This document shows positions 29,753 to 43,665 of a stretch of DNA of 64,000 bases, in pieces. The DNA is taken from positions 19,034,001 through 19,098,000 of the forward strand of contig OZ193909.1 of the NCBI GenBank assembly GCA_964276515.1, given 5' to 3'. The stretch's first letter is position 1; each line of letters opens with the position of its first letter. The stretch is from Gordius albopunctatus (Eukaryota). The translations under genes were made by a program, and so were the position numbers. Under the pieces are notes generated by a model, which searched no databases, was not told the origin of the DNA, and saw nothing but the letters and a program-made list of their open reading frames with translations.

Positions 29753-32550
29753 ATGGTTTATCTATCCATTCTAATATCGTTTCCACGATAAATTTAATTC
29801 TCCTTTTTACTTAGAAATTCGCGGACTTTTTTTGAATGGGGACGGGGGGGGCAAATTGACATCGCTTCTACCAAGTATAAAAAAACTTCTTTTTTCCGAT
29901 TCTAACTTGAAATATTTAAATTAAATTTTATTCCTAGTCTTGAAAAACTTTAACAATTCCTTAGCTTTCAAAAGTAATTCCCGAGGTGGTCATAAAAACC
30001 GAACTATACTATTTAATATTCATCATTAGGCTTATAAAGTGCTTTTTGCCCGCCCCCCCCCTCAGCCGCCACCTTATTCCTTGCAAGACCAGGCTTATTT
30101 AGGCCAATCTGAAGCTAAAGTCCATTTCCTGTTTCAAATTAAGACCCGGTGCCTAGGTCCCCCCCTTCCATTGATTACTTTCGTTTCGTGCATAGAGTGT
30201 TGTAATATTTATGATCGATTTGGGAGCGAAAGTCTTAAAGGCTATTCCATATTACACTACAAGCAGTTTGGTGTGTTTTTTTATCACTACTTTTGCTTTA
30301 AAGGCAATAACTAACATAAGAACCAGGGGTAAAGCTCCCCCCCCCCTTGTTGAATCTAAAAAAATTCGCAATTAAATAAATGGAGATTTAGTCAGAAATT
30401 TGAAAAAATATTATTTATTTACATCCTGAGCATTTTGACGACGTCCTTGGTTATTTTGAATGGATACTGATTTTTAAGAAAGCTTTCGGTAAAGGTCGCT
30501 ATTAAAAATAAAATTCATTAAAAAATTCAATATAAATCCGATATTATTCCTTTTTAATAAAAACTTCGGAGCTGAAATCTATAATTTTTTATAAAAAATC
30601 AGATTCTTTATTTTGGGTAAGTTGTCAACCCAGTCTACTAAGGTTACATCCTAAGTTTAATTATTTGTAGCCAGTGACTACAAACTAATGGTTATTTGAT
30701 TTATGCATGCAATGACTGAAAATTTGCTGGAGTCCGATGTTTTTATAGTTTATTTGTCCATATCCCAGCCGTAATCCACTAAAGCCGGGCCGGGCCTGGG
30801 TAAGATCGAGCCTTGGGCGACCCGTGGAGTCTTGTAAATTATTTTAGAGCCTCCAAAATTAAGTTGAAGAATTTTTAAGATTTTAGGGGATGATGAAATC
30901 TAATTTGGAATTAATAGCAAAAAAAATTGCATAGCTTCAATGACGAGATTTAAAAATCATTCTTATCACATTAATCAATTTACAATAAAGGCAGGACACC
31001 ATTGTTTTTGTAACTAAATAAATTAACCATCTAAGGTAATTATTGTTAGTTAAAGGAATTCTAATTAATGAAATTAGTTAAAGTCTAATATACACAGGCC
31101 CTGATATTTCAATGCATTTGTCATTCGCGTTATAACTTTCAGTTGACTTCATGGTAATGTTATAAAAACGGTTGGGTTGTTTGGTCGACCTTTGGTTACC
31201 CACGTGTAAACATAAACGGATCAAAGGTTTTTTGGTCTTTTTTTCTTAGATGACCCCTAGGCTTAGTCGAAATTTGAAAAACAGACCAGAGTAGGCCGTT
31301 AGTCCTAGGAGAACCAAAAGTCGAGTAAACATAACCCAACCGCTTTTACAACACTGGTTCATGGCAATTAGGAATAAACTCATTATGAATCACCTATTAT
31401 ATTCATATACGAGTAATAAGTTACAATGACGAACAGCTGTTTTTGCGTTAAAATTTATTAAGGGACTTAGTCCTCCATTTTGGATGTCTTTCAATATACG
31501 CAGGCCCCTGTGCAGTGAAAAATTGCAAAAGTTATGGAAGAAAGAATTATGAGAACATTAAAGGATTATCATTTCATCATACCCAAGTTTAAAATCTAAC
31601 TATTAAACCAAATGAATACCGTTCGACATATGCCTCAGACATGGAGGCCAACACCCATACCTAACAATTATAAGCTGTTTGCTCATACATGGTTATTATA
31701 CCTAGCACCTAATTACAATGGGCACGGAAAGATTTAACAAGTTTTAAATCTATGGAGCCAATATTCAAAGCCTTAGTTTAAAAGCCTGGTTCGGTTGATT
31801 ACAATTCTTAAGAAAAAATTCCATACATTAGACTTAGATTTTGCAATTGATTAAATCTTAAAATAATATAATTTTTTTCAGAGACAATAAAAGCCCGCCC
31901 GCTCAAGTGTCGTGCAGGGCCGGAAAACTGTCTTTAGTTTAGATTTTCAAGCGGGCACGAACGGGTACTAAAACAAGATTCGCGCTTAAAGAGATTCTTT
32001 CATATAAATTATTATTTTTTTCGTGTATTAATTTGTCACTTTTTTATTTAAATGTTTAATATTCATTGATCGTAGTTTTTATCCAAAAAATCGAGATTTA
32101 GAATATAATTTTTGGGGAAAAAATTATTACTAAAAATAAAAAAAATTATTATTACGGGCAGGACAGTATAATTACTCGGGAGTGACCGGGACGAAACTTA
32201 GAATTGGCTGGCTCGGGCAAGCAATTTAGTCATAAAATTGGGGCAGGTTTGGGCAGAGAAATATAAACAAATTTGGCCACTGATATTTACAGATCATAAA
32301 CCCAGTAGCGAAAATTTCTTTACTAGGTGATCGCCTCTTTTAATATTTAAAACTGATTTTAAAATTTGTTAAAGCCAAATATATAATTGCCGGGGAGTAT
32401 AATTGATAAGTTTAAAAGTGAACAAATAAAAGGTTATTGGACATTTTGTTCTAACATTAATTTTTCCTAAGATGTATTTTGTTTTGTTGTAGAAAAAACT
32501 AGACACACAATTTTATAAACCAAATTTATATTAGATCTTATATTAACTTT

Positions 32551-32759
32551 TAACATAAGACAATCAATCGCCATTTAGAGCGCTAAATCCAATTTATATT
32601 CTTTGATGGATTCAATGCCCATCCTCAAAGAAGATGAAGAAACGGATGATGTGTTTTAATCATTTTTTTATAAATGTTTTCATTCTTGTATCTTGTTATT
32701 AATTCCACTATATATTTAATAATTTTTTTTAAATAAAGCATGTCAATTCAAAAAAAAAA
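32551..32759 (+). mobile_element. Short 3' fragment of the same CRE-like retroelement, with A-tail and 39-bp target-site duplication
   Basis: Sequence matches 16835-17030 (ctttgatggattcaatgccc...aataaagcatgt...aaaaaaaa); flanked by the direct repeat tttataaaccaaatttatattagatcttatattaacttt at 32512-32550 and 32760-32798. Confidence 0.85.
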
Positions 32760-34486
32760 TTTATAAACCAAATTTATATTAGATCTTATATTAACTTTGG
32801 ACATATTTAATCAAAACTCTGCTAGAGTAGAAGACATTGTAATTTTTTCAGGTGGTTCGTTGATTAATTACAACACGGGCCAAATAACCTTTAAGCAACA
32901 TTAAATTTTATTCCGTAATCCAATCGTATATAATGTTAAGAAATAACAATTTTAAAGTAAAGATTTTTACAATAATTGGGAATACAATGATAGTTACAAA
33001 GGAAAGTTCGGAGTATTTCAAAATTCAAAGGATTTATTTAACAAACATTCTACATTTCCAAACTATTATTATTTTATCCGAAGTTTACAAATCTCGATTA
33101 TGTTAAACCCGTTGTTTTTCTTATAACTTTGGTTTATTTGCCTAAATTTGTTTTCAAATCCAGGGCAGAGTCTTATAAACAAACCAGAGATGAATGTCTC
33201 GTCCTCGCCTCTATGAATTAAGCCTTGTTACTCTTAAATTTTATAGTGACATGACAAAATATTGCCATCAATAAGATTTTATAGATGGTAAGGGTTTTAA
33301 ACAATGCTATTTAAATGTGTTAAATTGGCTTTAGTTTGAAATTTATATGCTTACAGCCTGTAAGCCTCTTTATCTTGTAGCTGCTAACCGCAATTATTTA
33401 GGACGCAAACAATTCTTAAATATTTAACCCTGAATAACTCTAAAATGAACACGTAAAATTTAATTTGTAGTAGGCCTTGTGTAGAAAAGACATATAAAAT
33501 ACTTATTAATTTAAAAAGTGTCGTGACTCAATTTGAGATTAATTAATGGATATATAAAAATTTCTAACAAGAAAACTTATTACGATTAAGAAATAGACGG
33601 GCAAACAAAATAATTAATAAAAGGTTTTGTGCCGAATAAGTTGAAGAATTTATATGAATAATATTTGATAGAGAGGTTTGGTCATCGCAATCAGGGTATC
33701 GCATCGTTGGCATGTTTTTTGCGTCGTAAAAACGACATGGTTATAAAAACAAACCATAAAGATCACAAGGGAGCGAGAAAAAAGGAAAGGGCAATTTAAT
33801 TTTTAGGTTAATGACATTAAGCAACAGTTGAAGTGGAATCAAAAATATTTTAAAATATAAAAGGCAAACGCAAAATTATATTTTAATGGAATAAACAATA
33901 CGGTTAGAATCATTCGCGGTTAAAACATTAACCCTAACAAGCTGGATTACATTAATTTTTTAAAGGTTAATGAAGGTGGGTATAAAAAATTAAGTTTTAA
34001 GAAATTATTTGTGCCAAAATTTGTTTTTCTCTCCACCCGAGCTATCGTAATAAGTGTGTTTACATCCCACTCAGCATAATCTAAATTTTCCCGCAGATAG
34101 AATTCACGTTTTTTCCTCCTTCTCACGACAAATGATAAAGAAAATTTTTAAGGTGTATTTAAAATAACAAAATATATGATAATTTGCGCTAATTATATGA
34201 TTTTGTGCCCTGTTTAGTATTAATTAGTGACTCGTGCTTTCGCATATCAATAGGGATTTTTTTTTGGATTCGCAATTGAACTATAATTTTTTCTGTAAAT
34301 TTTGTCTATTTAATAATAATCGAGCATTTTTTAAAGTGCTATTGCCCTTTAAGATTATTTTTATAATAAATAAATATATAGTTCATTGACGAAATTCTCT
34401 CAAATTCTTAACCGTGATATTTTAGATCATACGCAATCTCAAAATGTAATCAGCTGTATATTTTTTTTTATTAAATATGTTCAAAC

Positions 34487-37400
34487 ATGTTAAACAAAAA
34501 TGAACGGGATGTAGCAAAAGTTCAATCCTATATTCGCATATTTCTATGTAAAAGAAAGTTCAAAAGGAAATTATGTGAACGGTACGATGCTTTGGTTTTG
34601 GACAATAAGTTGGATATTGCCCAAAACCTTTATACTATTAAATTGCTTTTTAATCAAGGAATGTTTGATTTGAACCAAGATGCTGAGAGGTATTGTTCAT
34701 TGCTTAAGTTAGTCGCAAAATTGGATATAACTAAAAAGAGTGAACAATTTAAGTATTTTTTAGCTGAAAGAAGATTTACTTTTCTAGCATTATTCAAAAG
34801 GTTTTTGGAGATTGGTAATACCTATTTGATTGATGAAAAATTTGAGTCAAGATTTCATACAATCATTGCTTTATATTTAAATTTTATAATCTTTATATTA
34901 AATATGCCTAGTCAACAAAAACTTTATGATGAGCAAAATGCCTTAAATGAAATTAGTTCTAAATTATTAACCTTTATGCTAGATCTGAATATTTATAAAA
35001 TATTGTATTCCTTGCTTTACAAAAAGTTTGCACTTCAAAAAACACTATCCAAGGTGATTGAAAATGCTGCTATTTTTGTTGCTCTAAAAATAATACAAAT
35101 TTGTGACTACTCCAAAGACATCATGAAATTATTTGTTAATAGTATGTTCATCATACCTCACTTAATTCACCATGTCATTCAAAATCCTTTTTACATAACA
35201 AACAAATCCACATTGGAAAATAAAATTTTTGATTATTTATTAAATGACTTTAGCAATTGTATAGATGAACATGATGGCAATTTAACTCTCATCATATTTT
35301 CTAATATATGCTATTACATATTCATCAATCAACATGTGATAGAGACAAATTTGCAAAAAATCTGTACGTTGTTAAGTAATTTTTTAGTGAAGATGAAGGA
35401 ATTTATACTAGTTGACCAAAAGCAATCCATCCATTGGCATTCCATCTATGGCTGGGCTTCTATCCCATCTCCCAGCAATGAAATAATTGATAAAATTAAT
35501 TCTGACATCAAATATTTATGGTCACCACATGTTATTTCCAAGCTTATTTCTATTCCTAAACAAGCAAATGGCAATCAAGTCATTTTATCCTCGGAAAATA
35601 AAAAATTTAAAAATTCATTAAATGTTGTCAAGAATTTGCCCCAAAAGATTTTGAATAAAAAGGGTAACAATTTTTCCGAATTAAACAATTTACTTACGCA
35701 TGATGGTTACCTTAATTTGGTTTATGGCACAACTACATATGAATTATTAATGGATACTTTCCTTCAACAAAAGCTAAATATTTTATCATCCCTCTCTTGC
35801 AAATATGATACGATCGAAGCTTTGTGGAATTACTTATTAGGGTCAGGTGATTTGGATAAAACTATTCACATGTATGTGGAAATATTGAGACAAAAACAAA
35901 ACAAAACTTCACAATGTGATACCTTCCTAAAAATTGACCCTAAAATATATGTTTACATGCTAAATCCTTTAATTTTTACTTGTGACATTACGAGCCACAT
36001 CATAATAATCCTCGATGATGAAGAAATTTTTAGTGATAAAGTACTTTTCCATCAGCCGACCGAAATGCTCATTAGGATCTCTAAATTTCTCAATAAACTC
36101 ATTTACAAGATAATATGGGATTTGGGGGAATCAGAATGCAATTCAACTGCCACATCACCAATTGATTCACCCAAAAAGATTTTGAAAAAGCAAAATTTTG
36201 TAAATTTTTTTGAAAAGTTCCACATTAGTGAATCCTCAACAGACATTATTGGTGTGGGTAATGTTGGAAAATTGGAAATATTTACTAATCCATTCTTTAC
36301 CTCGTGTCATACGTTGTTGAAAATATTGTATGAAAGAGACAATAAAAAATCTTTTACTCCACCAGGACATTGGTTAATTAAGGAAGTTAAGTTAGGAGAT
36401 TTCTTTGATGTGTCCACTTATGAAATCAATAATTTTCTTGACATGGAAATTGAACACAGTACTTTTCAATATGGCAATTTGATTGTAAACATTGGCAAGC
36501 GTATAAATTATGACCCAAAAGAAATTGACGCAAATTTGATCAATGTAACTAAACAGGATGTACTACTAAATGTAAGTAGATATATCACAAATAATATTGG
36601 ATAACTTGTTTCAGCTTCTTTTGTCTTAAACCATTTACATTATTCTAACCTTTAATTTATTCTCTGATTTTTAAAAAGCACAAATCAGCTAGAAAATAAG
36701 GAGTTAGATAAACAATTGTTAAGGAATTTTAATAATTTAAGATATAAGAATTAACCAATTAGTAAAAATTTGTTCTATTATTTGGTAAGAAAAATAAGTA
36801 ACAATTTTTAAAGATTCATGATAATTCATTTACAATACTTTTTGCTACCAGTAATTGGTTTGAATTTAGCTACAACTTGATTAAATACTAATTTTATCTA
36901 CACATTTAACTGTTTTGAACTTAAGAAAACTAAGATTTATTTTTAAAAATGCTTTTTCCTAGAAAATTCCTCACATCCTTTCTCAAACAGATCGGATAAC
37001 ATTGTTTCGAAAATATTTGGCTCAAGAATCGGGAGATTATAAAATGGACGACACGGTCTATTACATTAAAATTCGACGAACCGCACTCCTAGAGGATGGG
37101 TAAATTTATCGTCTGCCTTTTTTAAATTCGCCTAAACATTGATATCGATATTAATCTATAACTAGTTCGGCAATTATATCGGGTTTTTAAAAAATAGCTG
37201 ACTTAATGTTAAAAGATGATTTTACATGTTCAAGTAAGTTTTTTGGATTTTAAATTGTGTGATAATGTCCTAGTGTTGAATTGAGATTTATTGTTCCTAA
37301 ATTTCAGTGTCACCATAATTTTCCAAAATTAAACATGTGTAAGGGCTTGTCTTAATATCGGATTTCGCTGCGCAGCAAAAATCGTTGTACGGGTTATAAC

Positions 37401-40400
37401 ATAGCCGTGTCTAAACTTCGAATTCACAGCAGCAGATTTTCATTTCAGACGCATAATATAACAGATTTTAATCTCAAGAGTTGAAATAAATAAAAAAAAC
37501 GGATTTAACTATCAAAAAACAAACTATTAATAATCAAAACCGAGTCTGACACATGGACAAGCCCTAAGAGTGCTGAAAGTTATCAAATAGCTTTGTTCTT
37601 TATTTTAAAACAAAAATAAAATAAAGCTAATGCTTAACCCTATTAATCGTAAATGCAATTTGCTTTAAATCTTATGTGGAAATTGTTTTTGTTCAACGAA
37701 ATTAAATGCTTTTTTAAAGTTTAAAAATGTTTAATATAAAACCATTGCTTCTTCCTTGATATCACATCAATTTTATGGTTGAAATCTCCTAAAACCGTTG
37801 TCTTTTTTCAATTAAATGCTGTTATGGATTGTAATATTTCATATGAGAAACTGGCTTTTAGACCTAGATTTTGCCATTAACTTGTTTAAATTTACACCAA
37901 AAATGTTGTACTTTTTATATTTTAAGTTACGCGCAAATAAGTCAATTGTCACCGGCCGAGGTGAAAGGAACAATACGCGTTAGATTCGTTAATTCACAAG
38001 GACTCGAGGAACCTGGCATAGATCAAGATGGCGTTTTTAAAGAATTTTTGGAAGAAATTGTGCAAAAAATATTCAATCCCGCTTTAAATCTCTTCAAAAT
38101 AACCAGCGATCAAAAATATTACCCTTCACCTACTTCCTACCTTCAGGTAAGGGAAGGCAATAGTTACCCGAAATATAAATTTTTGCGTTGAAAGTTTGAC
38201 TATAAATGATACAATTAGATGATTGTGATTGTTAAGAAAATTTTAACAAGAAATAACTTCATACCAGTTTATAGTCCTAGTCCTCCTTGTCTTTGCGAAA
38301 AGGCCAAGAATTTGTGAAGGATTAGAGGTTATAATATCTGATTGATTTTGTATGAAATTCGTGAAAAGTTCAAAAATATTGTTGTACGAATGACAAATTT
38401 GATGCTCAGCTCCCTCTTTAACCTAACTAGGTGTTATATCACATTTTTGTTACTCGATTCTCTAAAATAAAATGCTGTAGTATCAATAAAAATGTTTAGT
38501 CTCTTAACTTCCTTTTAAGCAAGCAGACGATTTTTATTAGTGCGTTATGCAAACACAAGGGTCTAGCTAAAGGCAGACAGGGGACCTCGTCGCCCATCTA
38601 GAGTTGTTATATTGCTAACTTTCTTCAACTCCAGCTACCACCTGCTCGAGTTTCTGCTCGGCCCTCGAGCATTTTTATATGCTACTGCTCTGCCTAGTGT
38701 ACCAAAAGCGAGCACATATTGTGCTAACGCGCATATTAAGCAACTCAGTGTGCGTGCTCGCGTCTGGAGTTTGAAGAAATTTAGCAATTCAACAACTCTA
38801 TGCCCATCCCCCAATTTAAAAAAAATTATATACGATATTCGATAAATATATTAAAGTCAGTTTTTTATAAGTAAAATATTATATGATCGTCAAATTTAGA
38901 TAAAGCTCCACGCACCATCCTTTCACTTCATTAATTGAATAAGGCTATTATACTCTTACATAAAATATATATTCAATTAAAATTTCATTCATTTTAAAAT
39001 ATCTTTATCACACATAATCCTCATGATTTGCAGGACAATTCCTTGGGTCTGTTCGAATTCGTGGGGCGCCTGGTGGGCAAAGCCATTTTCGAAGGCTTAG
39101 TTTTGGATGGTATAGAGCTAGCCCCCTTTTTCCTCAATCAAATAGTCCACCCTACAGCGAGCCAACTTACAGGGTCTGCTGGAAGTAATTCTTCGACCAC
39201 AACTACGAAAGCAAATCAAGTTTGTGGTACTCTGCTATTGCATAGCCCGATCGATGAGCTAGAATCTATGGACGCGGAACTTTACAAAAATTTGAAGTAC
39301 TTGAAAAAATGTGGTGATGACGTGGCAGAGCTAGCACTAACATTCGCCGCTGGTACCGATTGTATGGGCACCCTCCTAACCGAAGATCTCATTCCAGGTT
39401 TTTTATGGAACCATTCAGGAGAGGGGACTTTGTAAAAGACAGGTTTTATTTGGGGGATAATATTTTGGAATTTTAATATGTTTATTTCGTTAATCGTGAA
39501 ACAATTTCTGGGTTTAATAAGGGCCATCTGCTCGCCCCCCCCCCTTCATAGCTACGCCGATGTTTATATTCATTTGAAATTAATTTGTTTTGGTACGTCG
39601 CTAAAGCCTGGCCTGGCTTAATGTCGATAAATGAATGTCCTTTACCTCGTGACGTTTCAAGGCCTTTTTTGGCGTTTTTATTTTGAAATAAAAACTTTTG
39701 TTTCGATTTTACGGCTATTTAAAGTAAAAAATTTGATTTAATGCCTAAAATTATGGCCTTCGCTAATTTTATGTATTTAATCATGGGATTTATTTCAAGT
39801 TTTTAAAAGGAGTTCTTTTAACTTTTAAGGTGTTGGGGGACGCAAACAAAACTCATTATTTTTCTTATTGATTCATGTATAATGTTTTGTGACAATTGCA
39901 TAATATTGAAATATTATAACTTTTATTATTAACTATTTGTGTTTACCTCTCGTCCTGACTCTAAATCATAACGATGAATTCATTGGCTTAGTCGGGGGTG
40001 GGGCAGAGAGGGGCGGCTACCCCCCTCTAATTCCAATGCTGAAGCTACGCCCATGAATTCAATAAAAGAAGTTTGCCGAGGCTGCCTTCAATTCCCGAAA
40101 TTTATGCCTTTTTAACCCTTTTCATTAATTTTACTGGTAAAAAAGGGGGTATTAATTGATGCGATTTATGCTACAATAATAGCTCTCTCTCTCTTAACCC
40201 TAATTAACTGATGATGATAATATGAGTTTTCTACATTTATATGATAGGTTATGATTGTTTATAATTTCAAAATTATCCATCATCCGTAGGTGTAGCTATA
40301 GCTAGCATTGGAATTAGAGGGGGACAATAATAATTTAGAGGGGGGGCAGCCGCCCTTCTCTGCCCCTCCCCCGGCTAAGCCCATGGATATTATATAAAAT

Positions 40401-42380
40401 TTATTTTTTGCCTAATAGGTGGACGATCGGTCGCTGTAACCGGTGAAAATCGTTTTTCGTACATCCATCTAATGGCGCGCCACAGGATGCACGTTCAAAT
40501 ACACAAGCAATTGTCCGCTTTTCTACGCGGGTTTTACGCCATTATAAGGCCAGAACCCATTTCCATTTTCTCGGGCCGAGAATTTCAGCAAATCATTTCT
40601 GGTCCGTTTAAAATATAAAAAAAAATTATTATTTATGTTTGAAAATTTTTTTATTGCCCTTTGACTGACACATTATTAGAGCTCATTAACAGAATATATC
40701 ATTGCATAAATTTAAGTGATTTGCTATGCATTTCTCTGAACTAATGGGTGACCTGAAATCTCATCTGGCCCAAACCCATATAGATTCTCGATCTGGTCTC
40801 GGGAAATAGGAAAAATTCAATGGCCCCGGGTTCGGGCCGGAATGTTGTGCTTTCGGTTAGTGTTGGGATCGAAAAAAGTGACCTAGCGTCCCTAACTTAC
40901 TTTCATTGCGACCTTCTATTGCCATAAAGTTATATGTGTGTAAAGCAATAGGAGGTCCCCTATATTTGTACTAGATATTAGGATTATTTACGAAGGAAGG
41001 GGGATATCTACCCTCTTTGCCTCCCGTTCGGTTACTTTTATGCCCGTCCCTATAATGAGTTTTAAAACCCCCTCTAAATTCAAGCAGTTAATGACTTTTT
41101 TTTCCGCACCTAACTAAATTAAGGGTTATAATAGATTTTATACTTAAACTTCACATATCCTGAAACTTGCCTTTAATCTACCCTATATTTACAATGTTAG
41201 AATGTTTTCGGCTCTCTATTTACCGATTTAGCTAAACACGTCATGAGTGATCATAATTGTATATGGTTTGTATCAAATCGTTTAAGAATGGGGATTTCCT
41301 TGTAGTCTAATAGCTTACTAGATAAGTAATAAGGGTTCAAAGATAATTTTTATCTCTCAGCGTTGAAAAAATAAGAATTTAAATGAAAATATAACTTTTT
41401 AACAAAAAATAATTTTTTTTACAATTTTTAATGAATACATGATTTGGAAATGATTGTTACTATAATGGAAGTTCCTTATTTAAGAATTCTACAAATGAAA
41501 CCCAAATAAAAAAAGCAAATATTAGATGACTATTTATTTGTAATTTTGCAAATTAAAACGATTATTATCTTCGGGTTTTGATAGGTGATACGCGTGAGAT
41601 AGATATTAACGAGTTACGGAAACATACGAAGTATTACGGAGGCTTTTTCGACAAACACCGAGTCGTAGTTTGGTTGTGGGACATTTTGGCTAAAGATTTC
41701 GAGGCAGCTGATCGCGCTAAATTTCTCAAATTCGTGACGAGTTGTTCAAGACCACCTTTGCTAGGTTTTGCCCAGTTGGAACCTCCCTTCTCCATTCGAT
41801 GCGTAGACGTGGGTGAAGAACAGGTGTTTACATTCATTCATCCTATTTAACCGTAAAGTAACAGCTGATAATCATTAAGTAAGGGTGTAGGCAGCCATAA
41901 AACCCAGGCGTTTTTACATCACTAGTCTATAGTTTTATAAGTCTACAACAATCCCTCGGGGTTTAGTTTACTAAAATATGACCCTCTCTAATATAAATCA
42001 CAAAGTCCTAGGGAATTTTACTTATTAGATGAAAAATCTTGCTAATATATTGATGTAATTTTTTAAGTATTAATCATATATATTTTTTTTATAAACTACA
42101 CACTTTGTGAAGATGCGATAAATAATAGATAAAAAAGTTAATTATAAATGAAATTTTTTATCGTCACTTACAGGATAGGGGCGATACAATAGCGACAGTG
42201 ATTCAAGGTTTTTTTTCGCTACGCCGTCTCGGGTCCAAGGATAAAAAAGGGGGACCCCGTTTACCTACAGCCTCAACTTGTTTCAATTTGTTGAAATTAC
42301 CGAATTATTCCAAAAAATCCGTTTTGAAAGAAAAATTACTGTACGCCATACATAGTAATACGGGATTCGAATTGTCTTGA
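34487..42380 (+). CDS. UBE3B: HECT-type ubiquitin-protein ligase E3B (about 1144 aa, 7 exons)
   Basis: Exons 34487-36571, 36963-37099, 37927-38146, 39034-39397, 40419-40601, 41585-41823, 42174-42380; total 3435 nt, open. N-terminal IQ-like motif ([13 protein letters not shown]), [16 protein letters not shown], and HECT motifs [75 protein letters not shown]. Confidence 0.93.
37343..37564. mobile_element. PIF/Harbinger-type MITE, shorter copy of the 12396 family
   Basis: taa|GGGCTTGTCTTAATATCGG...GACAAGCCC|taa; body matches 12396-13108. Confidence 0.75.
38599..38800. mobile_element. About 200-bp hAT-type MITE (copy 2, inverted relative to 23073)
   Basis: TAGAGTTGTT...AACAACTCTA; 8-bp flanks cgcccatc/tgcccatc. 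Confidence 0.8.
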
Positions 42381-43665
42381 AATACTTATTTTAATAAAAA
42401 TATGTTTGTGTAATGTGTAGAGTTAAGCTTTGTATTGCGTAGAATTCGGGTGTCCATGTGTTAGATTAGAGCCAATGACCAATTTTTTAAGTCGCAAAAG
42501 CTAGTAAAACGTGATTTCAAAATTTTCAATTATAATGCTTAATAGTAGCTAATGCTAGATCGATGAAAGTGCTAACCATTTAACCCCGCTTAGAAAAATT
42601 ATGTGTGTTTTACAAATTTGCGTTGATGTCATCAAGTCAACATTAAATGATAAACATAATTTATTTCTTCACAAGATAACATTTTTTATACAAACCATGA
42701 TATAACCCAAAAACAAATAATTTAAATGCTCGACAAATATTGACATAGTAAATTCCAAAACAATTAAATTTTCAAATATTTATTTCTTACCTTTTAATGG
42801 TTTCCACTTTTTGTCGGGCTATATTTTTTACACTGAAACGCGTATTAAAATTTCTCCTACTTTGGAAAACGGAGTTCAAAGATTTAAGGTATTTGCTCAA
42901 ATTTCGCTGTTTTCCTTCACTGACTCTTACAGTTTTACAAGAACAAGAATTTATATGGTTACACTACACTACGATATCCTCAACTAAAATATAACATTTT
43001 TTAAATTAAATTTAGAAAAAAATGTTTAAGTCTTGTAATGCTTAATAAAGAAAATTTTGCATTCAAATCAATTTAATATTTCATTCTCACAATGTGAGTC
43101 AATTAAAAACATGACAAAAACGGAAAGATGTACTAAACCAAAGAACCGTTTTATTGCGCATAAGGTGAGAATAGCTACAAGTCACAACTGGTGTGAGAAG
43201 AGTATTTCAAATTATATGTGCCTTAAATGAGTAAAACAATGATTAGTAAAAATGAGAAAAAGAATTGACAAGGAACGTCATTGTTAATTTTGTAATTAAC
43301 GATTGGTCTAAAACATGTTAAAGGGGCAAAAAATATTAATTCACGATTCAATCTGACAAATTCAGTTTATGGAGCTATTAAACAAAAAATAAGAGACTAG
43401 TTCGAATAATATTTGTATCACATAATATGTAGCAGGTGTCTGTTGTTGTAGCTTGCCGTGTCTAAACGCTGTAAACGATAAACAAAGTCTAAAATTCAGG
43501 GTTACCAAAAAGTAATAACAATTTTCGATTTCAAAAATTAAACTCATGGCACACTACCAATTGTCATAAACGGAAATAATTTTTTGGAACTAAAATATCT
43601 AAAATGGGGAAAGGAAACAAAAATCCTAAAGGGGCTGATGGAGAGAGTAAGTGCTGTTTTTTTCA

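Noticed and set aside
33710..33740. Small hairpin gtcgt-aaaa-acgac upstream of UBE3B
   Set aside because: Too short to support an ncRNA call; no snoRNA or tRNA boxes recognised.
34477..34503. Upstream out-of-frame ATG overlapping the UBE3B start
   Set aside because: An 8-codon uORF in AT-rich sequence is expected by chance; no evidence of function or of a frameshift.
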